DNA of 63,603 nucleotides, counting the filler, from Reclinomonas americana ATCC 50394 (Eukaryota): the NCBI GenBank assembly GCA_048213135.1. It is 3 parts of 2 records of this genome, joined end to end, with 100 filler letters (N's around TTAATTAATTAA, not from the genome) between each part and the next. Parts side by side here need not be neighbours in the genome. Positions count along the whole stretch, not along the records: positions 26,435 to 56,025 come from PS015025.1; 2 more parts are not named here. One strand, given 5' to 3'. The notes below the pieces were generated by a model. The model ran no database searches and was not told the DNA's origin. It saw only the letters and a program-made list of their open reading frames with translations. The first letter of the stretch is position 1, and each line of letters opens with the position of its first letter. This document shows, one piece after another, positions 38,001-52,124 of the stretch. Made by a program: the position numbers and the translations under genes.

Positions 38001-41000
38001 CTTGTTGGGGCACGGCTCCGGGTACACGTCCAACACCTTTTCACGGATGTTGACAATCTGGTCCAAGTCGAGACCGCGCACATCGGTGGGCGAGTCCACA
38101 AACACCACGCGACCATAGTCCTTGTGGCCAATCTCAAAGTTCGGCACCGCCGCCAACTCCGAGTCCTTCATGCGAGCCAGCACCTCAATCGACGGAATGG
38201 TGTAGTAGCCGGGACGAGTCAGGCGCGGTGCATTCTCGTTGATGGTCGGTGGGGATGGCGGCTGGGCCGGTGAGCGGCCAAAGCTCTCCAACAGCGATCC
38301 GTCGGTGGCCCGAGTGGGATCACCGCCGTAGCGAGCAGCGCTGCCGCCAAACACACCCGCACTGGACGGCGGCGACACACGCATCGGCCGCGGTGTGAAC
38401 TCATCGTACCGCGGTGTCATCGAGGCCATCGATGCAGACGAGATTCCGGCAGGCGTGGCGTTCACGCCGCCAGCACCACCACCCGCGGCGGCCGACGGTG
38501 GTGACGACGCCTTGTGTGCCGAAAACTGCAGCCGGCGACCGTGCATGTTCAGCTTGCGCGACATGGGCGTCGCCGCTGAAGNNNNNNNNNNNNNNNNNNN
38601 NNNNNNNNNNNNNNNNNNNNNNNNNNNNNNNNNNNNNNNNNNNNNNNNNNNNNNNNNNNNNNNNNNNNNNNNNNNNNNNNNNNNNNNNNNNNNNNNNNNN
38701 NNNNNNNNNNNNNNNNNNNNNNNNNNNNNNNNNNNNNNNNNNNNNNNNNNNNNNNNNNNNNNNNNNNNNNNNNNNNNNNNNNNNNNNNNNNNNNNNNNNN
38801 NNNNNNNNNNNNNNNNNNNNNNNNNNNNNNNNNNNNNNNNNNNNNNNNNNNNNNNNNNNNNNNNNNNNNNNNNNNNNNNNNNNNNNNNNNNNNNNNNNNN
38901 NNNNNNNNNNNNNNNNNCAGCAGGCGGCTGCGGCCCGTCCGTCCCCCGTTGTCGCGACTGCTGCTCCCGCGTTCCCCCGTCCGCGCGTGGCCACCTCGAC
39001 CACGACCACCACTGCGTCGTCGTCGTCGTCGTCGTTTTCGCCGGCGGTCGCCTCCGTTCCTGCGCGTGGTCGCTTTGCGGTGCACGATGATGAGGAGGAG
39101 GAAGAAGAGGAGGAGGAGGAGGATGTACGGATGGCGCCCGCACGGCGAGGCGTTGCCGAGTCGGACCTGGTGCTTCCGCTGCCCACGTCGGACTCGTCGA
39201 CATTGCCACGCTTGCTTGGTCTCGACGCCCGCGAGATGCACCGCCTCAAGGTACGTGCATGAGCACAACATGTCCATTGTGGCACTTGCGCTGTTGCGCT
39301 GCTTTTCTCTCCTGTCTGTCTCTCTCGCTCGCTCTTCTGTCTTGCACCATGCCAGTCTTGTCAATCGCTGTGTGTTCGTGTGATCGCTACATCAGGTCGG
39401 ACAGTGATGCGTCGAGCAAGAGACGGAGAAGCGAGCGAGAAGGGGGGCGAGGAGGTGGTGGTGTTTTGGGGGTGAAATGAGGAGGAAGGAGGGAAGGAAG
39501 GAAGGAGGAGGAGTTTGGGGGGGAAAAGGCACGAGCAGCGAGTACCCCACTGCGTGTCGCGTCGACGTTCAAGTCACTGGATCACGGCACGGCACGGCAG
39601 ACAGGACAACTGGAGAGAGCATGTAGTAGAGAGAGTGTAGTAGCAGCAATGCGGAAATCGCAAAATAAGATGTAGATTAGTTGTATCCATGTAGTTTTTC
39701 CCTTTTGGCCCCACACCACCACGTCGTCTCTCCTGTGTGCGAGTGTCGTGTGGCGTGTGTGGGTGTTTTTTCCCTCGTCTTCCTATTGTATAATCGTGTA
39801 GCGCTTGAGACAGACAGATAAAGTAACAACAATGTTGATTCATTTATTGTGTGGTGCTTACTGGTGTTCTGTGTTATTGCTGGCGTAGTACTCGACGTTT
39901 GGTTCGCCGTCGGCGGCCGAGTCACTGAATGCGCAAGAGGAGGATGCCGACATGGCGGCACATCAGGCGCCGTCGGCTGTCGGTTCCTCGATCAATCGGC
40001 GCACGTTTGAGCGCAGTTTCGTGACAGGGAGAGAGTGTGTGGAGTGACAGCAGGCTCCTGATGGACTCACGAGTTGCTGCTGCTTCTCAAAGGCCGCAAG
40101 CGCACTCTGTTGTCGAGTTATTCGTCTGCTGTGCGCGCACGTGCAGCGTCGATGGGAGCACTCGGATCACCTGGTCCCTCTGGCGACATGCTGTCGGCTG
40201 TGACTCCTCCGCGAGGCTCCGCCAGTGCGTTTGGGGATGAGGAGCCGTCGCGGCCGTCACCAGGTACATGGCGAGATGCGCGTCACGTCGATCAGTGATC
40301 AGCGTCCGTGACACTAAGAATGCGATGGAATGTGTTTTGTAGGCAAGCGACACGTCGTGTTGTCAGGTGGGAGCCTCGGGGCGCGCGGCATTCTGGGACG
40401 CATCGATTCCGAGATGCTGGTGTCGCGCTTTCCCAACACGTCGCATCTGGATGAGTTTGAGCGAGCGATCCCGCGTCGTGCCACCATCACTGTGCTTGCC
40501 GATGCAGCGTTTCGTTGACCCAGTTTGTTGACGGGGAGGGGAGGGCAATCGACTATTCTGACACTCGTGGAACAGGGGTGTTGCGGCACTGGAGCGTGAG
40601 TTGCGCAGCGTGCCGGGCGTGCGACATGTGGAAACTCAGCGGACGAATGCGGCATCGGGTGTGCAACGGACGCCGGTGACGGTCGAGTCGAGTGTCACCG
40701 AATTCGGCGGCCCCGGTGAAACCGCACACCATGTGTGCCGCAAGCTGAAGCTGCAAAACGCCGGTGCGTTTGTGTGTGTGTACTTGCTGACAGAGAGGGA
40801 GCGCGTTGACCGACATGTTGTGTTGGTGTGGCAGGCGATCCATTGCAAATGTTCCGCCGCAGTTTTGGTGTGTGCTGGGGTCCAGCGGGCCAGTTCATGT
40901 ATCCTGCCATGGCCGCCGTTGGTGCACACGCAGCGGGAGGCAGCAGTGGGGTAGCAGCAGCGGCGGCGGCGGCGGCGAACAGCAAGGTTGCCGTGTCTGT

Positions 41001-43896
41001 GATGGCGCGCTCACGTCTTCGTGCCTGTCCGACTCGCCTGCCGAGTTTCGTGGCACTTCTGTGTTTCCATGTTGATGTGTTGCTTGTCTCACGCATTGTA
41101 CTCGCGCGCAGCACCCGCTGGCCTGCAGCTTCCACTGCCGCAGCCCGACGACCACATTGTGGAGCGTGTGCATCTCAGCATGGCCGAGCATTCACTCATC
41201 GAGCCAGTGGAAGACGAGCGCTCTGGTCGCCGAACTGTGCGCGCGCTGCACTGCTTGGCACCGGCGTCGTTTGTCGGCTACTTGAAGGTTGTGCAGAGGA
41301 GCTCTGACGCGCTGCGTGAGGGTGCACCTGTCGCCACACAATATGCGGCGTACTTGCGTCACGAGGTCAACCTGTGGTACTTGCTGGAGGCGCTCTTTTG
41401 TGATCGCGGCGTACTTGCAGCCTCGCAGTCTGCTCCTCTTGGTGCGTTTTTTTCTTTGTGAGAAGGACGGTGTTTGTGTCCTGTCGACTGACCGTGGCGC
41501 AGATGAATACTCGGAGCGTGTGCTGCGGCAAGAGCACGTGAAAAAATGGCTGTGCTTGGCCGGCCAAAGGGCACTCGAGCGCGCACACGGGTTCTCGCCC
41601 GTGTCGGACACTCAGCAAATCTACGTGCACTTGGCAGTCGGTCGAGTTGCCGAAGCCATGACAGTGGTGCGTGGGGGTGATGCGTGCGTCTTCAACAACT
41701 CCATTACTGACTTGGTTGTGATAGGCATTGCGCTCCGGCAATCCGCGCCTGGCCACGCTGGTTGCGTCTGCCACTCATCACTCGCCGCATGTGCGACAGC
41801 TGGTGGCGAAGCAGCTGGAGATGTGGCACGAGACTGGACGCGAGGCGTATGTCGACGAGGATTTGTGGCGTGCGTACGAACTGCTGGGTGGTACGGTGAG
41901 GATGCCGACAGTCGCGCCACTGGTCGACTGGAAGCACAATTTCTGCATGCATCTGCTGTACTCGGCACCACGTCACGATGCGCGAGAACTGGCCGACTCC
42001 GTCACCAAGTACTCGGGTCTGGTGAGAACGGGGGACGCCATTCGACCTGTGCCGTTTTACGCCGAGGTACGCTCACTCTGCTGAAATCTGGGGAGACAAG
42101 AAATGATGTTCACGCACCCACATTTTTTCGTGTGGTGCGCAGTGGTCGGCAGGACGGGCTGCTGGTGGTGACGGCAGCCGCGGTGGTGCAGAGGACGCAC
42201 TGTTCCACATTCTGCGTGCCTACACTTGCAACAATGGAGAAGAGTTGCGGGCCGCTTCCGTCGCAGCCGTTGATGTTAAAGTGGTCAGTGCTGACTCCAT
42301 GTTGCGCGTGTGTGCAGGTGGCCAGAGATGGCGAATCGCATTCTGCACTCGTTGTCGCACTCACCGCACCCGCTGGACTATTCGCTGCCGTGGCATGTCA
42401 TGGCTGTTTTGTTGCAGCGCGTGACGCCGCGCGATGGCTACAACTTCCCCATTGATGTCGAGATTCAAGATCTTGTCACTGCCAGGTTCACGCACACACT
42501 CACTCGCACGAAGTTAGTTCATGTCGATGCTCATGTCTTTTGTCATTTTTTGCAGTTTTGTGGAACAGCTGGAGATCATGGAGTCGCCGAACAGCTGGCC
42601 GCTTGCGGTATTTGTGGCCATGCATGTGTCATCTCATCTGAGGTACGTGTCTCTCACACCCTTGTTGTCATGCTTGTGCCACATTGATTGATCACGTGCT
42701 CGGATGCAGACGCGAGCACCTCGTGCGAAGCATTCTCTCTCGCCACGTCCAACTCGGCAGTCGTACGGCTCTGTTGGACGACAACGATATCTTTGTGGTT
42801 GACCAGCTTGGCGTGCCGGTCGAGTGGATTCACGAAGCCAAGGTTCTGTTTCTCTCCCCTGTGTGCTGATTGTTGTCGGCTCCCTCGACTCAAAAATGTA
42901 TGGCAGGCATGGCGGGCGCGTATCGAGCATGGCGATCGTTTCCGGTTGCTGGAGGTCGATCATCTGCGGGAATGCGGTCAACTGGAGGAGGCCCTCGCCG
43001 TGTTCATGCCGTACGCCGTACGGCAGGTGGTTCTCGGGAATCGGTCGACCGTGAAGGACTACCTCTCCAGCTTGGTGGAGGCGTGTCGCTTCTCGGTTTG
43101 TCACACACACACGCACACGCACACCGATCGCCCTTGTGCATGGTTGCGTGGACTCAACGCGTGGCTTGTGCGCGCAGGGACGGCCGATTGTGGGAAGCAG
43201 CCGCGCGGTGGATCTGTTGTGTTATCTGCGAATGGTCGAGTGGACCGACTTGGATGACTTGCTCAGGGTACGTTTTCCATCACTCCACTTATTCACATGC
43301 ACTGCTTCCCCCGCTCGTCGTTCACTGTGTATATGTATGCGTGCGCGTAGAATACTCCCGACGTCGTACGGCACCTGTTGGACAGTGCGGTCGACGCCGG
43401 TAGCGATGCTGTCACGTTCATCCGACGTGTTCTCGATCGGCTGCGAGTGTGGGACGAGGAGGTGGCGCACAAATTTAATCGCGATGTCAAGCGGAGCACG
43501 AATCTTCGGCAGTCGCTCCCGGACCGCGGCGAGTTGAATGGCGTGGTGGTGGCGCACCTGGAGCGTGATATGGGGTTCGAGCGGTGAGTTTGCTGACACC
43601 TCTTCATGTTGTCGACTTTCCCCTCACACGCGTGATGCGCAGCGCGTGTGTCGAGCTAATGGTGGGGTTCTTCACGGACTTGGAGTTCCGCGCGGTATCG
43701 CACGTGCGCGAGCCAATTGTTGCGTTTCCTTTGTCTCCCATCTCGCCCGTCCACCTCTGGAGGTATGCTGATGTCTGTGTAGGAGCGCTCACACGGACTG
43801 GAGGAGTTCTCGAGAAATCTGGTTCTGTTGCCGCTGGGATCACACACTTCGGCACGAGCGATGGATGAGTTGTTTGTGCAATTGTGTTCGGCGTGA
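35043..43896 (+). CDS. NUP98: Nup98-Nup96 precursor (FG repeats, GLEBS, autopeptidase on inverted segment, Nup96)
   Basis: GFG repeats; GLEBS VGT...ISADAGFMNRSLEELRMEDY; Nup96 motifs FRRSFGVCWGPAG, LWYLLEALF, GNPRLATLV, VDWKHNF, LDYSLPWH. Confidence 0.92.
37719..38581 (-). CDS. NUP98: Nup98 autoproteolytic domain (inverted segment)
   Basis: PRLTRPGYYTIPS..FEIGHKDYGRVVF..LDLDQIV..VYP..KPEVGHGLN..GTWEFSVKHFSRYGL containing the HFS cleavage motif. Confidence 0.95.
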
Positions 43897-43956
43897 GTAG
43901 ATGAATGAAAACAACAATAGCGAATCATATCGAGGCTGGTCTGTACACATTCTTGT

Positions 43957-46767
43957 CTATTCTTCCTTCATGTGCGGCTGTAATCGCCACCGCACCAACA
44001 GCATGGTGAGACTGAAGATGGTGGTGATTAGGACGCCGGTGCCAAACACAATCAGTTCCGTGCCTGGGTTGGCCATTGTGAAGAGTCGAATGCCAATGTC
44101 CCAGTCCCAACTGTGCGACGCGTGTGAGAAAGCAGGGTGCGAGTGGAGTGAAAAGGCGGGGAAGTGACGAAACTTGCTCTCCACCGTGGTCGGCTTGCTG
44201 CTGTCGGCAACAAAGAAGCGACCGTTTTCGTAGTCCCAGTCAATGCCAANNNNNNNNNNNNNNNNNNNNTGCCTTTGGCTTCGTGCATGTGCACGTCGGC
44301 AATGCGACACTTGCCGCGGATGCAGAACGAGAACTGCGCAGACAGAGAGAGTGAATACTTGCATGAGTGCGGTTGTGCGAGGGAGCCACCGACCTCGCCG
44401 TCACAGTCGTCGTTCTTGGAGCACGTGGCCGTGGCCGAGGGCGGGCCGCCGATAGCCTCCACCAGCGCCTGCTGGAAGAACACGTTGGCAAAGTGCAGCG
44501 CGCGGCGCCAGTTGTAGACGCTGGCGTAGTTGGAGATCGTGCCTTTTGTCTCTGTCGTTCCGAGTCAGTCAATGCCGATGAATGCAAGCGCACGCAGAGT
44601 GCACAGCATACCTTTGAATGGGTTGTTGGGAATAATGGCGTTGGCGAGTGCGCATTGGTGATCGCGCAGCAGGCAGTCGATCAGGCTGTCGACGAGACCA
44701 CAGTCGGCCTCAATGGCTGTGGCTTGCTGTTTCAGCGCATCGCTGAGCACCGCGGACTCGGTGAGCGAGTCGGCAGTGGAGAGCGCAAACAACGACTGAG
44801 CGAGGGCGGTTGCCACACGACACAGCTGGTCCCGCTCAATGTTGTTGTGGTCGTCGAATTGGCTATCGAAGAAGCTACACACACATCAGTCAGCCAGAGT
44901 CGGCTTCGCAAACACGGAGGGGTGACACGAACCGATTGTTGAATCCGTGGTCGAAGTCCGACAGAGCAATGGTCGGAATGCCAGCTCGCAGCGCACTGAA
45001 TGCTGCCGAGCTTGCCGGCGGTGGCATCTCGTCGGCCGGAGTGGCGTCCAGCATCACCAGCTCATCGGACCAGCCCAGCAGCTCGCGCATCCACATGGAA
45101 AACGTCGGCAGGTCACTGGCGCCCGCACCGGATCGCGTGTGCACATACAGTCGATGTTGCACCCCACTTGCAGCTACGTGGACGTGAGTGTATGCATGCA
45201 TGCATGGCAGGCGAGAGGAACGCAACTGCGACCGACTTGAGTCATGTCAACGAGGGCGCGAATGTGCGACGCAGTCACCTTGCGGAATGACAAGTCCGGG
45301 TGCCACGGTTGCTCGCACCAGGCTGCACAACGGGCAGAGTGAGTGCACACATACACACAAAGACGAAAGGACGTGCGAGACCCGGCAAACGAACTCTCTT
45401 CCATTTGCTGGCACGTGAAGCTGGAAATGTCGCGTGCAAGCGACTGCGAACCGGCATTGCTCCACACTTCGCTGTCGAAGAAGGNNNNNNNNNNNNNNNN
45501 NNNNNNNNNNNNNNNNNNNNNNNNCAAACATGACCTGGCGGCGAGCTCGAGTTGCTCGCAGTGGCTGCGTGAAATAAGGGAAAGAAGTGATCAGCAGTGC
45601 TCGACAGCGCGACGATGCAAGAGTCGTCGCAACATCGCTGTTCAGCGCATACGCTGCGGCCAGCGCGGCAATGGCGCCAGACAAGTTGCCCTCGGCACCA
45701 GTGGCAAGCGGATGGAAGAAGCCGGTGGCATCAAAGTTGCTGGTGACCATGACTGTGTACGGTGACATCACCAGTGTGTGAGCCACACCAGTCGCCGCCT
45801 TCTCACTCGCATTTGCAACACGACTCAACTAATGTCGTCGTACGGCGTGCTGCTGGCGGGCGACGCTGCAGATCCCCACACGCCCCACACCGAGTTGCCG
45901 CCGACCGGCTGACACGTGCCGTAGTCGAGACACTCGGTCGACGACTGACCCATCGAGTTCATCACGCTGTGGAACTCGGCGCCATTGACCGGCGGCATCA
46001 TGCCGCGTCGATCGTTCTCCTGCGCCCGCTGTACCACATCGATCCCCGTGGCATCGTCGAGCTGGAAGATCGGCACACGGAACGCCATGCCGCTCAGCCC
46101 GTTGCCCTGTGAATGCACGAAGAGCAGCTGAGAAGTGAACGAATTTGATGGGCGGCTGTGAGACAAGCGCACCACCGGATTCCACTGCGGCACCCGCGCC
46201 GGGTTCTTGGGCATCAGTGTGCGTCCGTACTGATTGGCCGTGGAGAACGCTGGCGTAACATGTGAGCGAGCGACAAGAGGCACACATGCAGACAGCGACA
46301 CCGAACTGACGAGGCTCTTGGCGGTGCCCGGCAACACCATGACGCCCGCCACCTTCTGCTCCATCTGCGCCTGATTGCTGGCATACACACTCGCAAAACT
46401 GCTCTCCCACTCCATGAGCAACACACGTACACGCATGCACACAAAGAGCATGACGGCGCAACTCGACCAAGAACGACGGCGGAATGACCCACGCATACTG
46501 CTCATACTGCGTCAGTCGCAGCACCTGCTCCGCCACAGTGCGATTGGCCACCAACACCAGTGGCCCGTACTGTGAGTCCTCCAGTGCCGAGCAGCCAAAG
46601 CCCACTGCACCGTCGGCCAACCACGCACACTCCACCGTCGAGGGAGCATGCACCTCGGTGTACACTGCGCGGTACAGAGCGTTGTCCTTGCCGCTGGCCA
46701 CTTGCTGTGCGTGTGTCGCCCCGACGAGGAGCAGCAGCACTGCCAGTGACAAGAGCACAGCGCGCAT
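43957..46767 (-). CDS. NCSTN: Nicastrin (gamma-secretase subunit)
   Basis: Signal peptide, GFGCS, QWNP.GNGL, CQPVGGNSVW, DATGFF..GA, FFDSEVWSNAGSQ, PPASS, RLFTMANPGTE followed by a C-terminal TM helix. Confidence 0.9.
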
Positions 46768-46993
46768 GATGGGAACGAAGGGCAGTGGTGTCCTGTGCGC
46801 CCGCGCGTGCACATTGACTGCGTCTGACTGAACAGTGCGAGTGCAGGTGCGTCACACACGCTGCGTGTTGTCCTCTCGTGCGTGCGTGCGAGTGAGAGTG
46901 CATGCGTGTGCGCGCGTTTCTCCGACATGTTGCGCGCCAACTCTCACACACGCGCACTTGTCACACACAGAGAGCTTTGTGTTGTGCGAGAAC

Positions 46994-49900
46994 ATGGACC
47001 TCCCGCATGTGTTGCGTCGTGATGCTCTCCTCTCGCCCCTCTCTTGCATGCGCTCACACACGCGCACGCAGCTCATTGAGCACACCTCCGCTGCTGCAAT
47101 GGCGAGAGCGTGACATCTCTGCGCACCTGCGATCGTATGCCGACGAGTCGCGACGCGAGCTTATCTTTGCGGTACACGATCCGCAAACACACACTACGGT
47201 GTTCTCGGCCTTGTCGTACGCAGCGGCCGCGGATGGTGGAGCCTCGTCGAGTGTGATGGCTCGGCGGAGGCGACAGAAGCTTCCGGTGGTCTCCTCGAGT
47301 GGATCGTTGGCGGCGGCCGCGGCCTCTGCGGCCTCGGCAGCGCCAGGCACTGGTGCGCTTGCGTGTTGGTGCGGTCTCTCTCCCACCTGGTGCAGTCACT
47401 GATGATGGTCGCGGAGCACAGCACCGGATGATGAAGTTGTGATTCCGTCGCTGGTCGGCGAGTTCCCCGTGGTGCTCTCCGACGATGTGCTGGTCGCACG
47501 CAATGGACGACCTGACCCGTTGCTCGTACGGTGTGTGTCCTTGTGAGGTGCGCGTTGTTCGCCAGTCACTGATGTTGTCCGTCGCGTTTTTGCAGCTACG
47601 CTCCCGATCACAGTCTCCTGTGCATCGTGTCGACCACGACCGAGATTGTTGCGCTACTGTTTTGCTGTGATTCACTCGCTGCTTGGTCTCACACACATAC
47701 ACAATGTGCGCAGCTCTTTGTGGACTGCCAGCGACCGGAGCACTTTGTGCACCAGTGCAAACCAATCATTGGTGTGCACTGGCTGGACTCGGCGCACATT
47801 GTCATCATCACGTCGACGGCCATTGAGGTGCACCGGGTGGAAGCGCGCAAGCAGCGACTGAAGCGCATCGAGGCCACCGACATTAATGTGCTGTGGTACA
47901 TTTGGAGTCCGCACCTGCCGCAACCGTCGGTGCCGATGCCCTCCAATACGGCCGTGCATCCCGTGTCGGCTCACATGCACCAAGTTGCGCCAACGTGTAG
48001 CCGCCGCACCCATGCGTAGTGAGCTGACAAACGAGTGTGTGTGTGCAGTATGCACGGCAAAACATGGCAGCGGCGGCCGACGCACAGGGTGTTCCGTCGC
48101 AGAGCATTCTTATTCTGGTGCCCGCCGACCCGAAGGCACAGACGCTGCGGCCGTACATGATTACGGCGCCGAAGAAGAAGCCGATTACGAAAATGTCGCG
48201 CGTGCACCTGGTTCGTTGTACTCACAGAACCACCGACGCCCCTCGTGTTATCGCTGACCATTTTGCTGCAGGAGGTGGCCGACAGCCGGCTGGTGGTGAT
48301 ACCGGAGCATCTGTGGATTGTGCAGCTGTACGGCGACGTGTATCTGATCCATGCCGACTTGCTGGCCGATGTGCGAGTCGGGGAGACTGCCGGCCAACCA
48401 ACATTGGCCAACTCGCGAAGTGTGTCGACGCCCGACCGCGGTGCGCCAACCTCGTCGACCGGCCAGTCATTGCATCTGCATCGGTTGAGTCGGGAGGCGC
48501 CACAACGCGCCTGCACGCTCTTCCTGCTCGACACGCATCCACTGCGCATCTCGGTTGTGGACAATCTCCTGCTCGTGCATGCCATTGATTCAAGTGTTTG
48601 TCACCATTGGCGCTCTCTGTACGGAGTCGGCTCGTTACTCACGTCTTCGCGTGTGCTTCTGTGCAGCGCACCACCATTTTCGACATTCGCACCTCGCTGG
48701 CGCCCATTGCACCACCATCCTCCATTGCGCCCTATGTTCTCATCAGCAATCCAGACACAGTTGGGGGCAGCGGCAGTGGCGGTGGCGGCGGCAGTCCCGA
48801 CAGGTCTCGCTTCTCTTTCCCACCGCTTCCCCAACGCATACAGGTGGCTGACCCTGTCGATATGTGCGTGCAGCGCGAGTGGGAGCAGCGCAGCTGGCGC
48901 CAGTGGCACCGCGGGTGTGTCCATGTTGGGTGCCGGCTGGGCCGCCGGCGGACTCCGTGGCGTTGGTGCCGCACCTGGCATTGAGCTCTGTTGCGTTTGC
49001 TCATTTGCGCCAGCGCGTGTGTGTATGTTCGTAATACAGCTGCGCCTGACATTATCACCAGACTCGAAGCGGTGGATCTTCCTGCTGCCAAACTTGGTGC
49101 TCGATCCCGGCATCGGCTGCTTGTGGGAGATTCAGCTCAACCTGGCCGAGTTGACCATGAGTTTCCAGAACAAGATCAATGCGGTCTGCATCCACTTCAA
49201 TACTTGTGTGATTTGTCGCCCGTCAGACTGATGGCGCATCTGCAGATCGAGTTCCTGGTCAAGAGGCGCGGCGGCAAGGCACTGGTGATGGAAGTCATGC
49301 GCAACGTGCTGGAGGACAAGTACCCGCTGCACATCGTGTCGTCCGTGTTTGACATGCTGAATCGAATCTACTACAGTGCCGTGTTGCACTAGTTGCGTCC
49401 GCCACGACCAAGTCACAATGGAAGGCAAGCTGTCATTCTTACTCTTTCGCTCCACCGCAGTGTCCGTATCTCGGAGATTAGTGCACGCGGCGCGGATCCC
49501 GCCGCCTTGGTGTCGTCGTACTTTTTGGGTCAATCAGCCGATCCAGAGCAAGGGATCGAGAAGAATAGTGTGCTGACCGAGGCTTCGGGGTATGTGGTCG
49601 TGGAGGAGCTCGACATGTACAAGGACGTGTTTGTCGTGCTCGAAGAGGTTTGTCGCGCACGCTCTGACACGCCGCCTGTCTCCTCCCCTGTTTCTCACTG
49701 CGCTGGTGGACGGAGGGCAGCACATCAGCATTGGCTACTTTGTGTGCGCTGTCACCGAGTACGTGAGGAGTCTGCACTCGTTCCGCCTGCCGGTGCACAT
49801 TTGCCTGGAGCAATTCCTGATCTCCGTGTTGGTGAAGAATCGGCGGCATCACATTTTGCACCAGTTCCTGCAGTATCACGTCATCAGGTGCGCCAATGCG

Positions 49901-50823
49901 AGTATGAGAGAGTCGATACATGATGGGAACTGACGCCGCCACTGTGCAGTGACTCGGAGCCCATTGCGTTGCAGCTGCTGTCACTGGAGAACGAGTACCC
50001 ACCAGCGTACCAGGTTTGTGGAATGTGTTTCGGACAAGTATGATTTTGTGGTGACTCATCGGTTGTGTAGCTGGGCATCGACATGCTGTGCCGCTTGCCG
50101 CGCTACGAGCAACTGGTGGACATGCTCCTGTCGCACAGGCAGGTTCACCGTGCCATGACTGTGACCGATCGCTTCCTCTCCGATGTGTCGGTGAAACTCG
50201 TCCCGCCGGCGGCACCGGTGAGTGAGCCGTCCTTGGGTTAATTACCGCTGTCGATTCTCACTGTATGTGTCCGTGTGCGTGCAGCCTGCGGACACTGGTC
50301 TCGGCAACTCCGTGTCAGCAGCGGCGGCGTCGATGGCCGGCAATTCGATGGCCCACGTGGCCGAGCATGCAATGTTTGACGATCACACAATGTTTGCCGG
50401 TTCACCGCAGCCGGTGGCGCCCAATCGTGTCAGTCGGCAGAGCATCATGATGAACGTGCGCTCGCCTGTTCATCCGCATCAGTTCCTGCAGGCCGCCGTC
50501 GAGACCAATGACAAACGGTTCGTGTGTATTTGTGTGGTTGTTTATTATGTCACTTGATGTGTGTTCTCACTGCGTGATGCACAGCATCTTCTTCAACACA
50601 TACATGTATTGCCTGCGAGACTATGGTGCCGGCCTGCATCGCGATGACGGTGTGTGTTGTGATCGTTGTTGTCCCTTATGCTGCTCCCACTCGTGCGCTG
50701 ATGTTCGTGCTTCGTTTGGCAGACGATCCAATGGCCGAGTATCGACTGCGCGAGGAGATTGGTTGCAGCGAGTTCGAGGATTTGTTCCGTGTATGGTTCC
50801 TCGAGCGCGGCAACACCAAATAG
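46994..50823 (+). CDS. RMC1: Regulator of MON1-CCZ1 complex (RMC1/C18orf8, Mic1 domain)
   Basis: VQLYG, VVDNLLLVH, WIFLLPNLVLD..GCLW, EYVRSL, LHQFLQYHVISDSEPIALQLLSLENEYPPAYQLGIDML. Confidence 0.9.
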
Positions 50824-51483
50824 GCGGCGGGAGAGAGAGTGAAAAATATAAACGGGTAATCGAGAAGTGATTTGTTCATCTTGNNNNNNNNNNNNNNNNN
50901 NNNNNNNNNNNNNNNNNNNNNNNNNNNNNNNNNNNNNNNNNNNNNNNNNNNNNNNNNNNNNNNNNNNNNNNNNNNNNNNNNNNNNNNNNNNNNNNNNNNN
51001 NNNNNNNNNNNNNNNNNNNNNNNNNNNNNNNNNNNNNNNNNNNNNNNNNNNNNNNNNNNNNNNNNNNNNNNNNNNNNNNNNNNNNNNNNNNNNNNNNNNN
51101 NNNNNNNNNNNNNNNNNNNNNNNNNNNNNNNNNNNNNNNNNNNNNNNNNNNNNNNNNNNNNNNNNNNNNNNNNNNNNNNNNNNNNNNNNNNNNNNNNNNN
51201 NNNNNNNNNNNNNNNNNNNNNNNNNNNNNNNNNNNNNNNNNNNNNNNNNNNNNNNNNNNNNNNNNNNNNNNNNNNNNNNNNNNNNNNNNNNNNNNNNNNN
51301 NNNNNNNNNNNNNNNNNNNNNNNNNNNNNNNNNNNNNNNNNNNNNNNNNNNNNNNNNNNNNNNNNNNNNNNNNNNNNNNNNNNNNNNNNNNNNNNNNNNN
51401 NNNNNNNNNNNNNNNNNNNNNNNNNNNNNNNNNNNNNNNNNNNNNNNNNNNNNNNNNNNNNNNNNNNNNNNNNNNNNNNNTAG

Positions 51484-51810
51484 AAACCTCCCGCGATATG
51501 CCACAAGGATGGGAGAGCAGGGAGCGTGATCTGATCACAAAATTCTCCTCCGTCATCCAAAAGTTGCAATTCGACGTGGCCCGACGCGATCTCGAGCTGC
51601 AGAGTCGGGTGCGTAATCGTGGAGCGCATCTGCACTCTCGCTCTCTCTCTCTCTCGTCTCTGACGTATCCGCCTCCAGCTGCAACAGGGATCATCGTCGG
51701 CCGACGTTGTTCTCGACCAGCTGGTGGACAGCTTCTTGAGCATCCAGAAAGTGCGCGACCGTATTGTGGCCAAGCTCGCTCAGCAGGGCGTGCTACATCC
51801 ACCGTCGTGA
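51484..51810 (+). CDS. Probable kinesin C-terminal exons on an inverted segment
   Basis: PQGWESRERDLITKFSSVIQKLQFDVARRDLELQSR|LQQG...HPPS*; acceptor formed by joining 52125(-) to 51481(+). Confidence 0.55.
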
Positions 51811-52124
51811 TGACGCCAGTACTGCGGCGATTCCACTTTTCACGCCCACTCTCCTCCTGCTTGGCATGCCACTCACTTTTTGTGTACGAAATCAATGTGC
51901 AAAAAAAAANNNNNNNNNNNNNNNNNNNNNNNNNNNNNNNNNNNNNNNNNNNNNNNNNNNNNNNNNNNNNNNNNNNNNNNNNNNNNNNNNNNNNNNNNNN
52001 NNNNNNNNNNNNNNNNNNNNNNNNNNNNNNNNNNNNNNNNNNNNNNNNNNNNNNNNNNNNNNNNNNNNNNNNNNNNNNNNNNNNNNNNNNNNNNNNNNNN
52101 NNNNNNNNNNNNNNNNNNNNNNNN

